Origin: Flavobacterium sp.
Lineage (GTDB): Bacteria; Bacteroidota; Bacteroidia; Flavobacteriales; Flavobacteriaceae
Length of the DNA stretch: 64,000 nucleotides
Assembly (NCBI RefSeq): GCF_043779715.1
Contig: NZ_JAYWDT010000240.1
Span: forward strand, 1,621-65,620
Direction of reading: 5' to 3'
Position numbers and translations under genes: made by a program
Shown: one piece after another, positions 1 to 10,778 of the stretch
How positions within the stretch are numbered: position 1 is the stretch's first letter
Layout: each line of letters opens with the position of its first letter
The notes under the pieces: model-generated
Seen by the model: only the letters and a program-made list of their open reading frames with translations
What the model was told of the DNA's origin: nothing
The model's database searches: none

Positions 1-2145
1 CATTTTGCCAATATATCGACCAATATGTGTTTCTGTTTCATAACCGTGATGATCATTGTAGCCCAATCTCCATTCAGCACCAATACTCCAGCGTGTGTTA
101 CTGAACATTGCCATACCATCATTTCCGTTAGTAGCAAAATCATTTTCTGCCATGAAGTGAAATTTACGATCCTCTCCAAATAGTTTTCGTTGTGCTAATT
201 TTGGATTCAGAATTAACGGATTTGGTTCTTGGTTTTCATAGGTAAAAACACGTCCCATTCCTGCCATCATGTGGTACAAAATATGGCAGTGAAAGAACCA
301 ATCGCCTTCTACATTTGCATTGAATTCGATAACATCAATTTCCATTGGCATGATGTCGATGATGTTTTTTAATGGTGCGTAGTCTCCTTGACCATTTAAA
401 ATACGAAAATCATGTCCGTGTAGGTGCATTGGATGTCGCATCATTGATCCGTTGTACAATGTAATTCTAACATTTTCACCTTTTTTAATCAAAATTTTAT
501 CTGTTTCAGAAACTACTTTATTGTCCAAGCTCCAAACATAGCGGTTCATATTTCCTGATAATTCAAAACGTAATTCCTTAACTGGTGCATCATTTGGCAG
601 AGTTGTTTTTGTAGGCGACTTTAGCATGGCATAATTTAAAGTCGTAATATCTGAAAGTTCGTTACTGTTGTAATCTTGTTCAGACATTTTCATATTTTCC
701 ATTTTGTCAGCTTTTTTTGATGTTGCTTTTCCTGTAATTTCTGGGTACATTACTACGTTCATGTCCATTTGATTGTAAGACATCTGCATTCCCATGTCGT
801 CTAAATCACCATTCATTTTCATCATTCCGTTCATCATTTTCATTCCATCAAAATATTTTAATTTTGGTAATGGTGATATTAATTGCTTGACTCCATCGCC
901 AATATAAAGTGATGCCGATTTAGTTCTGTCTTCTGGTGTTACAAGGAATTCAAACGCTGTATTATCAGAAGGAATAGTAACAATCACATCATAGGTTTCA
1001 GAAACGGCAATTAATAATCGATCTACTTCTACAGGCTCAACATCGTTACCATCATTGGCTACAACTGTAATTTTGCCACCTGCATAGGTTAACCAAAAAT
1101 AGGTTGATGCACCACCATTTGAAATACGTAAACGCACTTTATCGCCACCTTTGAATTGGGATAACAGACTGTTACTTTTACCATTGATTAGGAACTTATC
1201 ATAGTACACATCGCTAACATCCATAGCATTCATTCGTTTCCATTCGTTCGCTATTTTAGTTTTAAAGTGACCTTGTTGTATGGCTTCTGCATAACTTTGG
1301 GTAGTTCCTTTTTGAATGGCAAACCAATCGGTAGCGTTGTGTAACATTCTATGTACATTATTAGGATTTACATCGGTCCATTCGCTTAAAATTACCGGAA
1401 CTGTTGGCAAGTCGTCAATACCTTTCCTGAAGGTTTCGTCTTCGAGTTTTTTATTTAAAATCATTGAACCGTACATTCCGATTTGCTCCTGTAACCCCGA
1501 ATGACTATGGTACCAATGGGTTCCGTGTTGTATAATTGGAAACGTATATTTGTGCGTTGTTCCTGGCTCTATTGGCATCTGCGTTAGATAAGGTACACCA
1601 TCTTCCTTATTGGGTAGAAATAATCCGTGCCAATGTAATGATGTGCTTTCCTTTAATTCGTTATGAACATAGATTTCGGCTGTATCGCCTTCCGTAAATG
1701 TTAGCGTAGGCATTGGAATTTGACCGTTTACTGCAATTGCTCTAGTAGGTTTATTACCAATAGTTACTAAAGTATCTCGAACGTATAAATCATATCGAAC
1801 CGTTTTAGCTATTGTTTTAACTACATTTTTGATTTCAGATATAGGTTTCTCTTTTGGAACTTCAACAATTTTTGGAGTTTCTTTTATTGGTTCTGAAACT
1901 TCTTTTTTTGTTTCAGAAATCACTTTTTTTGTAGCAACTGGTTTTTTTACAACCGCTTTTTTAATCGGTTTAGCTTTTTCTTTCACTAATCCCATCCCAC
2001 ATTTTGGACATTTTCCAGGTTTTGGTGAATGAATTTCCGGATGCATGACACAGGTATAAAAAGTTTGTTGTATTTCTTTTTTTACTTGTGAATTTGCAAA
2101 AAATCCGATTGAAAAGATGATTATTATAAGAACTATTTTTTTCAT
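1..2145 (-). CDS. Multicopper oxidase (CopA/PcoA-like) with N-terminal HMBD motif; 3' end runs off the window
   Basis: Hand translation from ATG 2145: MKKIVLII..YTCVMHPEIH..GKCPKCGM. All four Cu-binding motifs seen: TSLHWHG (~1630), GTHWYHSH (~1510), HPMHLHGH (~420), WFFHCHILYHM (~285). Absent from the ORF track because it is truncated by the edge. Confidence 0.93.
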   Translation of the reverse strand, partial: MKKIVLIIIIFSIGFFANSQVKKEIQQTFYTCVMHPEIHSPKPGKCPKCGMGLVKEKAKPIKKAVVKKPVATKKVISETKKEVSEPIKETPKIVEVPKEKPISEIKNVVKTIAKTVRYDLYVRDTLVTIGNKPTRAIAVNGQIPMPTLTFTEGDTAEIYVHNELKESTSLHWHGLFLPNKEDGVPYLTQMPIEPGTTHKYTFPIIQHGTHWYHSHSGLQEQIGMYGSMILNKKLEDETFRKGIDDLPTVPVILSEWTDVNPNNVHRMLHNATDWFAIQKGTTQSYAEAIQQGHFKTKIANEWKRMNAMDVSDVYYDKFLINGKSNSLLSQFKGGDKVRLRISNGGASTYFWLTYAGGKITVVANDGNDVEPVEVDRLLIAVSETYDVIVTIPSDNTAFEFLVTPEDRTKSASLYIGDGVKQLISPLPKLKYFDGMKMMNGMMKMNGDLDDMGMQMSYNQMDMNVVMYPEITGKATSKKADKMENMKMSEQDYNSNELSDITTLNYAMLKSPTKTTLPNDAPVKELRFELSGNMNRYVWSLDNKVVSETDKILIKKGENVRITLYNGSMMRHPMHLHGHDFRILNGQGDYAPLKNIIDIMPMEIDVIEFNANVEGDWFFHCHILYHMMAGMGRVFTYENQEPNPLILNPKLAQRKLFGEDRKFHFMAENDFATNGNDGMAMFSNTRWSIGAEWRLGYNDHHGYETETHIGRYIGKM

Positions 2146-2155
2146 TATATTTTAT

Positions 2156-4693
2156 TTAAAGTTTTAAATTTCGCAATCGTAACGCATTTACAATAACTGA
2201 TACTGAGCTAAAAGACATTGCTAAAGCTGCAATCATCGGTGATAATAAAATTCCGAAAAAAGGATATAATACTCCAGCTGCGATTGGCACACCCAATACA
2301 TTATAGAAAAAGGCAAAAAACAGATTTTGCTTGATGTTTCTCATCACAGCATGGCTTAAATTCTTAGCTTTTACGATGCCTTGTAAATCTCCTTTTACTA
2401 AAGTGATTTTTGCACTTTCTATGGCTACATCTGTTCCAGTTCCCATTGCTATTCCAATATCGGCTTGTGCTAACGCAGGCGCATCATTTATACCATCGCC
2501 TGCCATCGCTACAATTTTTCCTTCGGATTGTAAACGTTTAATTTCATTTAATTTGTCTTCGGGTAGGCATCCTGCTTTATATGATGATAAACCCAATTCA
2601 TCTGCAACTGCTTTGGCTGTATTGACATTATCACCGGTTAGCATAATTACTTCTACACCTTGACGCATTAGTTCTTTTATAGCTGCTGCACTCGATGTTT
2701 TAATTGCATCAGTAATTGATACAAATCCTACTGCAATGCCATCTACTGCTATATAGGAAACTGTTTTTCCTAGTTTTTGTTCGGCAATAATCTTGTTTTC
2801 TAAATCGTCAGAAACTGTTGCTTTGACTTGTTCCATTAGCTTTTTATTCCCTAATGTTACTTTTTTATTGGTCACAGTTCCTGTAACCCCTTTTCCTGTA
2901 ATGGCTTCAAAATCTTTTACTTCTATTAGAGCAATAGATTTTGTTTTGGCATAATTTACTACTGCTTGTGCTAATGGATGTTCACTGTATTGGTTTATAG
3001 AAGCAATGCTTTGTAATAAATCATCCTCGTTGTTATTGGATGAATAAACTTTCTCTACAGATGGTCTTCCTTCGGTAATGGTCCCTGTTTTATCAGTAAT
3101 TAACACATTGACCTTGTTCATATTCTCTAAAGCTTCGGCATTTTTTATTAAAACCCCGGATTGTGCCCCTTTACCAACGCCTACCATTACTGACATAGGC
3201 GTTGCCAAGCCCAAAGCACAAGGGCACGCTATGATTAGTACTGCGATAGCATTTATAAAACCATAGACTAAAGCCGGTTCGGGGCCAAACTTTGCCCAAA
3301 TGAAAAAGGTAATTATCGAAATAATCACAACAATTGGCACAAAGTATTTTGCGATACTATCGGCTAATTTTTGAATTGGCGCTCTCGAACGAGAAGCATC
3401 ATTTACCATTTGAACAATTTGAGAAAGCAATGTTTCAGAACCTACTTTTTCAGCTATCATCACAAATGATTTGTTTCCATTTATTGTTCCGGCAATTACA
3501 CTATCGTCTTTCTTTTTGTCAACTGGTATCGGCTCGCCTGTAATCATGGCTTCATCAATACTACTTTCGCCATCGGTTATTTTTCCATCTACAGGAATTT
3601 TATCTCCGGGTTTTACTCGTAGTAAGTCACCTTTTTTGATGTCGTGGATTGAGATTACTTTATCGCTTCCGCCAATTACCAAAGTCGCTTCTGTAGGTGC
3701 TAGTTTTAATAATTCTTTTATAGCACCGCTAGTTTGACTGTGTGCCCTGGCTTCTAACAATTGTCCCAATAAAACTAAAGTCAGGATAACTGTTGTCGCT
3801 TCGAAGTATAATAGTACTGTGCCGTGTTCCGTCTTGAATTCACTTGGAAAAATATCCGGAAAAAACATTCCGACCAAGCTAAAGAGAAACGCCACTCCTG
3901 TACCAATTCCGATAAGAGTGAACATATTCAAATTCCATGTAATTATTGACTTCCAGGCCCGTACAAAAAATATCCAACAAGCATAAAAAACAACAGGTAG
4001 TGAAAGAATTAATTGTACCCAATTCCATTTTGAAGCATCCATTAGTTTTAGTAAAGGATTATTGTGTGCCATTTCTATCATTGCAATTGTAAAAATGGGA
4101 ACGGTAAATACGACCGCAATTTTCATTTTTTTAACCAAATTTTTATACGTTTTCTGGTCTTCGCTTTCGCTTGGTTCCATTGGAACTAAATCCATTCCGC
4201 AAATAGGACATGAACCAGAACCTTCTTGAATTACTTCGGGATGCATTGGACACGTATATAACGTTTTACTCACCATTAACTCTGGTGCTTTAACTAAATC
4301 CATTCCACACACAGGACAATCGCCTGCCTTGTCGTACACTTTTTCGCCTTCGCAATGCATTGGGCAATAATACTTCCCTTGGGTATTGGTTGGAATAACA
4401 GTTTCTTTTTTATGATCGTTGGAATGCATGGAGCAACATGATTTTTCCGAAGTTTCATTCGTTGTACTATGCTCCTTGGTTTTACCGTTGCTCATTTCTA
4501 TGGTGTATTTTCCCACTGCTGTCAAAGCTTCCTGTAGCTTTTCTGTTGGAATGTGCTTTTCCATAGTTATTGTTGCTAATGGTGGATTTAATGAAACTTT
4601 TGCTTCAATACCTTCAATAGTATTCAACGTTTTTTCGACTTTAGCGCGACAACCATCGCAAGTCATTCCGGTAATGTTGTAAGTATGTATCAT
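2156..4693 (-). CDS. copA: Copper-translocating P1B-type ATPase
   Basis: N-terminal GMTCDGC HMA domain, two CPMH..CP.CGMDL HMBD repeats, TGE, CPCALGLATP, DKTGT and GDGIND motifs. Confidence 0.95.
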   Translation of the reverse strand: MIHTYNITGMTCDGCRAKVEKTLNTIEGIEAKVSLNPPLATITMEKHIPTEKLQEALTAVGKYTIEMSNGKTKEHSTTNETSEKSCCSMHSNDHKKETVIPTNTQGKYYCPMHCEGEKVYDKAGDCPVCGMDLVKAPELMVSKTLYTCPMHPEVIQEGSGSCPICGMDLVPMEPSESEDQKTYKNLVKKMKIAVVFTVPIFTIAMIEMAHNNPLLKLMDASKWNWVQLILSLPVVFYACWIFFVRAWKSIITWNLNMFTLIGIGTGVAFLFSLVGMFFPDIFPSEFKTEHGTVLLYFEATTVILTLVLLGQLLEARAHSQTSGAIKELLKLAPTEATLVIGGSDKVISIHDIKKGDLLRVKPGDKIPVDGKITDGESSIDEAMITGEPIPVDKKKDDSVIAGTINGNKSFVMIAEKVGSETLLSQIVQMVNDASRSRAPIQKLADSIAKYFVPIVVIISIITFFIWAKFGPEPALVYGFINAIAVLIIACPCALGLATPMSVMVGVGKGAQSGVLIKNAEALENMNKVNVLITDKTGTITEGRPSVEKVYSSNNNEDDLLQSIASINQYSEHPLAQAVVNYAKTKSIALIEVKDFEAITGKGVTGTVTNKKVTLGNKKLMEQVKATVSDDLENKIIAEQKLGKTVSYIAVDGIAVGFVSITDAIKTSSAAAIKELMRQGVEVIMLTGDNVNTAKAVADELGLSSYKAGCLPEDKLNEIKRLQSEGKIVAMAGDGINDAPALAQADIGIAMGTGTDVAIESAKITLVKGDLQGIVKAKNLSHAVMRNIKQNLFFAFFYNVLGVPIAAGVLYPFFGILLSPMIAALAMSFSSVSVIVNALRLRNLKL

Positions 4694-4769
4694 CTTTTAT
4701 AATTTTAATACAAATTTCTATCATAACCGATTTTTGCATTTGCATAATTTTGGGTTTGATATGCAAAAT

Positions 4770-5330
4770 TTATAAATCTTCTATTTGCTTTCTTTTAATG
4801 GTTTTTATATTCTTGAAGTAGGTTGGCGAAAAGCCAGTTACTTTTTTGAATTGATTGCTCAAATGTGAAACCGTACTGTAATTTAAAGAATAAGCAATTT
4901 CACTTAATGAGAGTTCATCATACATAATTAACTCTTTTACTTTTTCAATTTTCTGATTGATGAAATACTTTTCGATAGTAGTATTTTCGACTTCGGAGAA
5001 TAAATTGCTCAGGGTATTATAGTCTTGATGCAGTTCTTGTGAAAGGTAGTTGGATAAATTAATTTTCAAATCATTGCTCTTGTTCTGAACCAAATCAATA
5101 ATCAATGTTTTAATCTTATCGATGGTTTTACTTTTTCTGTCATCGATTAAATCAAAGCCAACGGCACGAAGTTTTTTTACTAGTTCACTTTTTTGATTTT
5201 CGTTAATTTCATTGTGTAATTCAACTTCGCCTAATTCCACGTAAATAGGATTAATTCCTTCACTTTCAAACACAGACTTGACTACTAATTTACAGCGACT
5301 GCATACCATATTCTTGATGTAAAGTTTCAT
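4770..5330 (-). CDS. AraC-family regulator with N-terminal metal-binding motif (probable start MKLYIKNMVCSRC)
   Basis: CxxC (MVCSRC) plus C-terminal AraC HTH (LSEIAYSLNYSTVSHLSNQFKKVTG). Confidence 0.88.
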   Translation of the reverse strand: MKLYIKNMVCSRCKLVVKSVFESEGINPIYVELGEVELHNEINENQKSELVKKLRAVGFDLIDDRKSKTIDKIKTLIIDLVQNKSNDLKINLSNYLSQELHQDYNTLSNLFSEVENTTIEKYFINQKIEKVKELIMYDELSLSEIAYSLNYSTVSHLSNQFKKVTGFSPTYFKNIKTIKRKQIEDL

Positions 5331-5406
5331 ATATATCGATTTAATTAAAAAATGCAAACTAACCCTGCTAGCACTATAACAAGGTTAATTTAAAATTTAT
5401 TTATTT

Positions 5407-5673
5407 TTATTCCTCTTTCTCTGGAACAGGCTCAGTCAAATCCATACCACATTTTGAGCATTTGTCATTTAGCTTACCTTGTACTTCAGGATGCATTGAA
5501 CATGCATACATTTTTTCGTGATTCTCCATTTTAGAATGATCCATCGTGGTGGAATCTGTGTGCATTACGGTGTCAGTTTCTACTGTTGTCACCGTGTTTT
5601 CCTCTTTGTTTTTTTGGTTACAAGAAACCAATACGAAAGCCATTATTACAGCTGAAAAGATTACTTTTTTCAT
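5407..5673 (-). CDS. Small heavy-metal-binding (HMBD) lipoprotein
   Basis: Lipobox LVSC; His/Met-rich linker; YACSMHPEV..KCSKCGMDL. Confidence 0.8.
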   Translation of the reverse strand: MKKVIFSAVIMAFVLVSCNQKNKEENTVTTVETDTVMHTDSTTMDHSKMENHEKMYACSMHPEVQGKLNDKCSKCGMDLTEPVPEKEE

Positions 5674-5782
5674 TTTTTTATTTGATTTAAATTGCAGATT
5701 AATTTCTGCATTATAATTATACAAAATATTGTTTTTTAGTACGTTACAATCTGTACTATTTAAATTGCATAATTCATACTAA

Positions 5783-6592
5783 TTATTTGAATGCATTAAA
5801 AAAGTTGTATTCGAGATTAAAATAAAAACCATTTGGAGCAGTTCTTAACATTGAACTTACCAACTCTTGTCGGTATGCTATATCTATTCGTGCCTGACTA
5901 TTAATAATAAACTGAATTGCAGGAACTATATCAAGATAGGACTTACCGTCTTCGTTTATTGTTTGCCCGACAAATTCAACCATCAAATTGATATTGGTTT
6001 GCTTGAAGCTGGTGTACTTTTTTGGGTACATCAATTTACCAAAAGACAAAGTGTAGTTCGTCGCATTATCTCCCAAATCATCTGGAAAAGGATAATTGGG
6101 TTTGTTGTCGAATGCTTTTTCAAAGCTAACGGATGAACTTATAGCTAGTTTTTTTATCAATTTAGTTGCCACAAATCCTGTTTCAAAACCAGTATTATGT
6201 CCCATAATTTCAATTTGTTCCTGATGGATATCGGCATTATTGAAGCTGTATCTTCCGAATGCTGCCAAACGAAAATGACTGTTTAAATCATCGGTTGAAT
6301 AAAAACGGTACTTGGTGTAGAAACTTCCGCCTTCAGTTACCAATTGGTTACTACGATTACTCACAAAAGCCGAAGCCCTAAACATTAAATCTTTATTCAA
6401 TCCATACGTAAGCTCTGGCATTAAATGATAATTATAACCCGATACAAATTCTTCTTTAAACAAGGATTGTGAGAGCCGAACACTTAATGTATTTGCTGGA
6501 ACATTACTGGCAGGATCGGTAACTACAAATAATTCCTGACTATAATTTTTTTGAAATGCAAACACGAATAACAAAATGCAAACCTTTCTCAT
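5783..6592 (-). CDS. Secreted/outer-membrane beta-strand-rich hypothetical protein
   Basis: 269 aa, signal peptide, aromatic C-terminus (YNFFNAFK); operonic with HMA genes. Confidence 0.6.
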   Translation of the reverse strand: MRKVCILLFVFAFQKNYSQELFVVTDPASNVPANTLSVRLSQSLFKEEFVSGYNYHLMPELTYGLNKDLMFRASAFVSNRSNQLVTEGGSFYTKYRFYSTDDLNSHFRLAAFGRYSFNNADIHQEQIEIMGHNTGFETGFVATKLIKKLAISSSVSFEKAFDNKPNYPFPDDLGDNATNYTLSFGKLMYPKKYTSFKQTNINLMVEFVGQTINEDGKSYLDIVPAIQFIINSQARIDIAYRQELVSSMLRTAPNGFYFNLEYNFFNAFK

Positions 6593-7080
6593 TAGTTAAC
6601 ATATTTAAAATGAAAATCATCTTCGTTGTTTAAACTATAGGTTACCAAATTCTTGAGCGATTTTGATAATTTCTTATATTCTTTTTCTGTAACATAACCT
6701 TTGTCTAAAATTTGAATTTGGACCTCTGAATTTGTATTAGATGTTTTATTAAGTAGAATATAACCCTCTTGTTTTATGGTTTCAGCTTTGGTTGTTAGCA
6801 CCAATGAACCGATAAAGAAACCTGCTTTCTCTACTTTTTCTTTAAACACTTTTGGAGTTAAAATATTATCTTCTTTTAGTGTTACAGTAAATGTATTGGT
6901 GTTTAAATCGGTTTCTACATTAGCCACTTCTGACATGCTTTTCAGTTGCTTGTTAATGGCGTTAGAGCACATTGAACATGTTAAACCTGTTGCTCTAATT
7001 TCGGCTTTTACGATTTGTGCATTACTTTTTATTGAGAACATCAAAACCATTGATGCTATCATTATATATACTTTTTTCAT
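6592..7080 (-). CDS. Periplasmic heavy-metal-associated (HMA) domain protein
   Basis: Signal peptide followed by GLTCSMC motif. Confidence 0.85.
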   Translation of the reverse strand: MKKVYIMIASMVLMFSIKSNAQIVKAEIRATGLTCSMCSNAINKQLKSMSEVANVETDLNTNTFTVTLKEDNILTPKVFKEKVEKAGFFIGSLVLTTKAETIKQEGYILLNKTSNTNSEVQIQILDKGYVTEKEYKKLSKSLKNLVTYSLNNEDDFHFKYVN

Positions 7081-7084
7081 TTTA

Positions 7085-7552
7085 TTATTTTATTAATTTC
7101 AATATTTCTTCCTCGGACGGATTTTTTGCTATTAGAATGCCTTCAGGATTAAAGAGGTATTTGGATGGTAATTCATCAACCCCAAATTGGATAGCTGTGT
7201 TGGCATCAAAACCTTTTGGGTCTATTAGTTGTGTAAATTTGATTTTATCTTTTTCTATCGCTTTTAACCATTTATTCCTATCGGTATCAATTGATATTCC
7301 AATAATTTCGATGGTATTTGAACTCGCTTCGTTGTGAAGTTGTATTAACTTTTTATTTCCCAATCTGCACGGTGCACACCACGAAGCCCAAAAATCGACA
7401 AGTACATATTTACCTTTAAACGATGTGATATCAACTACATTATTTGTAGTATTTTTTAATGTAATTGATGGTATAGCATCGTCGATTTTAATTTGAGCTT
7501 TGGAGTTTGTGACTGTAGCGATTAAAAAAAACACTATTACGATTTTCTTCAT
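7085..7552 (-). CDS. TlpA-family thiol:disulfide oxidoreductase
   Basis: DFWASWCAPC motif; signal peptide. Confidence 0.9.
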   Translation of the reverse strand: MKKIVIVFFLIATVTNSKAQIKIDDAIPSITLKNTTNNVVDITSFKGKYVLVDFWASWCAPCRLGNKKLIQLHNEASSNTIEIIGISIDTDRNKWLKAIEKDKIKFTQLIDPKGFDANTAIQFGVDELPSKYLFNPEGILIAKNPSEEEILKLIK

Positions 7553-7557
7553 CTTAT

Positions 7558-8430
7558 TTATTTGATAGTTTCAACAGTTTTACCACAACTTAACATCATT
7601 GAGCCGTAGTATGGATTTTTGACTGCATTTTCTTTACTTAACCAATTGGCACCTTTACCATCGTTAAACATAGGACAATATTGATAGTACACTGGAGTTT
7701 CATATTTAGAAACTTTCATCAATGTGTAAATATCTTTGGATAACGTTGTAAAATGATCGCGTTGGTGTTTCACATCTTTTGTATCGGCAATGTGTTCCGC
7801 ATCTTCTTTTATCGTATTTAGAACTTTCATCCATACCATGTGAACGTCCATATCGAGTTTGTCCATTTTTACATTATTGATAGCTGTTACTAGTTCTTTT
7901 GAAGCTAAGGCTGTGTTATCTCCATTAGAAGCAATCAACGCATCTTTTATCAAAAAGTAACTATCAAAAACTAATTTTAATTGATTTTCTTTTTGAGAAG
8001 TCATTTGTGGCATATCTGAATGATTAGCATGATTGTCGTGATTGTTGGTTTCTGTAACAGCTTTTGGTACTTCTTTTACAGCTACTTTAGCTGTACGCTC
8101 ATATTGACAACATCCGTGAAGATTGCTGTATACATCATCTGGAGCGAGAAATTTATCACTATCGTAACCAACTAGTGCAATTCTTTTTAGAATTTCGTCT
8201 TGATTGGTCTTTTTAGCATCATAGGTTAGTGTTGCCATTTGAGTATCTTTATTCCAATCGACATTGGCGACTTTTTTAAGATTTCCGGCTTTTTCGATTT
8301 TGGTTTCGCACATGCCACAGTTACCGTAAATTTTTACACTTTCGGTTTTGGCATTTTTTATTTGCGCATTACTTGTAGTTGATAGCAATAGACAAATTGC
8401 CATCATTATTTTCATAAATGAATTTTTCAT
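7558..8430 (-). CDS. HMA (MerP-like) + DUF3347-like metal-binding protein
   Basis: GNCGMC HMA motif, HGCCQY, His-rich linker, YCPM..GANWLS..NPYYGSMMLSCG. Confidence 0.85.
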   Translation of the reverse strand: MKNSFMKIMMAICLLLSTTSNAQIKNAKTESVKIYGNCGMCETKIEKAGNLKKVANVDWNKDTQMATLTYDAKKTNQDEILKRIALVGYDSDKFLAPDDVYSNLHGCCQYERTAKVAVKEVPKAVTETNNHDNHANHSDMPQMTSQKENQLKLVFDSYFLIKDALIASNGDNTALASKELVTAINNVKMDKLDMDVHMVWMKVLNTIKEDAEHIADTKDVKHQRDHFTTLSKDIYTLMKVSKYETPVYYQYCPMFNDGKGANWLSKENAVKNPYYGSMMLSCGKTVETIK

Positions 8431-8614
8431 TATACATAAAATTGTAATCAAAGTGGTTTACCTTGATTGATTGATAAAATAAATTTGAATAAAAAACAGT
8501 TGAGAAAGAATTTAATTTCGATACCAATAATGGTATTAAAAATAATATTAAACTGTTAAATTGAATAGCAAAACGCTATGAATTTGACACACTTATGGCT
8601 GTCAAAATTTGGAT

Positions 8615-8992
8615 TTAGCTTATTTTAGGAATTAGCCAAATGGAATAAAAACCATCTGAGATAGATGGTATTGTGTATAAAAATTTAACTTTCTCGATTG
8701 AAGAATAGCTGAACATATAATTTTTAAAAATAATTTCAGATAAAAAGCTTACTGAAGAAGAAGGACATGTTGAAGAACATCCACATTTTGAGTGACCGCA
8801 ATTGCCTTTGCAATCTTTGTTGTCGTTATCTTTTGAATTGTCGTTATCACAACAACTCTTTTTTTCCTTTTTAGTAGAGGAAACTTCTTTTTTACAAGAA
8901 CTCTTTTCTGATCCTTTACCACAAGCCATAGCAATGTTAGGCATAATTAACATGCCTAATAAAACTACAAGTATGATGTGGTATTTTTTCAT
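8615..8992 (-). CDS. Cys-rich small hypothetical protein with signal-like N-terminus
   Basis: KSCCDN..DCKGNCGHSKCGCSSTC; first gene of the HMA operon. Confidence 0.65.
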   Translation of the reverse strand: MKKYHIILVVLLGMLIMPNIAMACGKGSEKSSCKKEVSSTKKEKKSCCDNDNSKDNDNKDCKGNCGHSKCGCSSTCPSSSVSFLSEIIFKNYMFSYSSIEKVKFLYTIPSISDGFYSIWLIPKIS

Positions 8993-9120
8993 TTATATAT
9001 TAAAACAGTACAAAACTAATTAAAATTTATTGCCTTATGTTAAAATTGTTGTTAAATATGTGTTTTTCACTAGTCAGTTTATTCTTCTATAACTTTATCT
9101 TCATTTAAACTGTATGCGTT

Positions 9121-10083
9121 TTATCGATGAAAATCTGTTTTAAATTCTTTTGGATTTATTGATTTTTCATCAAACTCAAAATAAAATGCTGTTGGTGCAA
9201 TATAATTAGGATATTTTTTTATGCCCTGCATATCACATTGCAAATTGTAAAATAAAATTTTACCTTTATATTCATTAACTACATAAAAATTCTTTGCAAA
9301 CCATCGCATTTTGTTAGCCAATTCAGCATCAATTTTGTTTAATAAATTGTCATTAATTCTAAATTTTTGAAAGTTAATTGTATCGTTTGCTTTGTAACTA
9401 TTTAGTTCTCCCATATAAATGAATGTATCTGTTTTTCCTAAACCATACCATTTTCCGTTTCCGTTTGTTACAGGAACTGTCATTATAGCGATAGGTTTTA
9501 TACCTTTTTTGGCAAAGGCGCTTTCAAATTGTTTATTTATACTTTGTTTATGAATTAAAGTAAACAATAAGTAACTAGTTGAAAATGCAAAACATAACTT
9601 AAAAATTAGATTTCTGTAAGTTTTTGTTTTAAAGATATTAAGTATGGATAGAACACCTATTAGAAGTGGTATTGAATAAACCAAATCAACTATTGTTATA
9701 TTGTTTAGTGCTACTCGTGTGTTGTTGAAAGGCAAAAATAATTGTGTTCCATAAGGTGTGAAAATATCTAACATTAAATGTGACATTAAAGAAAGTAGCG
9801 TAAAAGTGAGTAGTCTTAAAAATGGTATTTCTTTTGCCCACGATTGACGCCTAAAAATTACTGCTAACAAAACACTACTTAATGTACAAAATAAAATGGA
9901 ATGTGTGAATCCCCTATGAACTCCAATCTTTTGAAATTCATTGAAAAAAGGTAAAAAAACGACATCAATATCAGGTAGGTTAGCAATTAACGCTCCAAAC
10001 AAAATTGTTTTTTTAGTGCTTTTTTTTCCTAAAACTAGTTGAGAGACTGAAGCTCCTAATAATCCGTGTGTGATTGAGTCCAT
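9121..10083 (-). CDS. Membrane-bound metal-dependent hydrolase (YdjM/DUF457-like)
   Basis: MDSITH, PDID, HRGFTHS and SHLMLD..TPYGT motifs. Confidence 0.85.
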   Translation of the reverse strand: MDSITHGLLGASVSQLVLGKKSTKKTILFGALIANLPDIDVVFLPFFNEFQKIGVHRGFTHSILFCTLSSVLLAVIFRRQSWAKEIPFLRLLTFTLLSLMSHLMLDIFTPYGTQLFLPFNNTRVALNNITIVDLVYSIPLLIGVLSILNIFKTKTYRNLIFKLCFAFSTSYLLFTLIHKQSINKQFESAFAKKGIKPIAIMTVPVTNGNGKWYGLGKTDTFIYMGELNSYKANDTINFQKFRINDNLLNKIDAELANKMRWFAKNFYVVNEYKGKILFYNLQCDMQGIKKYPNYIAPTAFYFEFDEKSINPKEFKTDFHR

Positions 10084-10146
10084 CGTTTGTATTATATGTT
10101 TTAGATCTACAATTATTGTTTTGTCTCACTTGTCCGAATTACTTAG

Positions 10147-10773
10147 TTACTGTTGACTGTTATTCTTTCTAAACTCACAAAATTGAAAGTTTTGAGTTGT
10201 ATTGAATGGAGTTGTATGGTTTTCAGTAAAACATTGTATTGCCACAAAATTTTCGCTAAATGTATTTTTCATTTCATTTTCAGAATATTGTTTTATTTCC
10301 AATCCGCTACATTTTAAAGGTCCGTTTTCTGAGAACGTACCCAATAGAAAATGACCATTTTGATTGATTGCGTTTCCAATAGTATCAACATATTTATTGA
10401 TGCTTTCTTGATTTGTTAAGAAATGAAAAACGGCTCTATCGTGCCAAAAATCGAATGTTACATCGGGATCAAACTCAGTAATATCTGAAACAACCCAATG
10501 TACTTTATCTGCTTTATTTCCTAAACGTTTTTTGACTCTTTCTAAAGCAAATTCAGATATGTCTAAAACCCAAATATTCTCATATCCTTTTTCTAACAGT
10601 ACATCTACTAAATTGCTATCGCCACCGCCAACATCAATAATATTGGCGGTTTTTGATAGTTTCAAGTTTTCGATATACTCCATTGAAGTTTTGGGATATT
10701 TTTGTGTCCAACTAACTTCATTCGGGCTTTTGGTTGCAAATACATTTTCCCAATGTGATTTTTGATTTTCCAT
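10147..10773 (-). CDS. Class I SAM-dependent methyltransferase
   Basis: IIDVGGGDS SAM motif; WHDRAVFHFL. Confidence 0.88.
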   Translation of the reverse strand: MENQKSHWENVFATKSPNEVSWTQKYPKTSMEYIENLKLSKTANIIDVGGGDSNLVDVLLEKGYENIWVLDISEFALERVKKRLGNKADKVHWVVSDITEFDPDVTFDFWHDRAVFHFLTNQESINKYVDTIGNAINQNGHFLLGTFSENGPLKCSGLEIKQYSENEMKNTFSENFVAIQCFTENHTTPFNTTQNFQFCEFRKNNSQQ

Positions 10774-10778
10774 TTGAT

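Noticed and set aside
3161-3169. TTGTGCCCC copy as the far att arm
   Set aside because: A single 9-mer inside the copA coding sequence, with no cluster or tRNA fragment nearby; likely chance.
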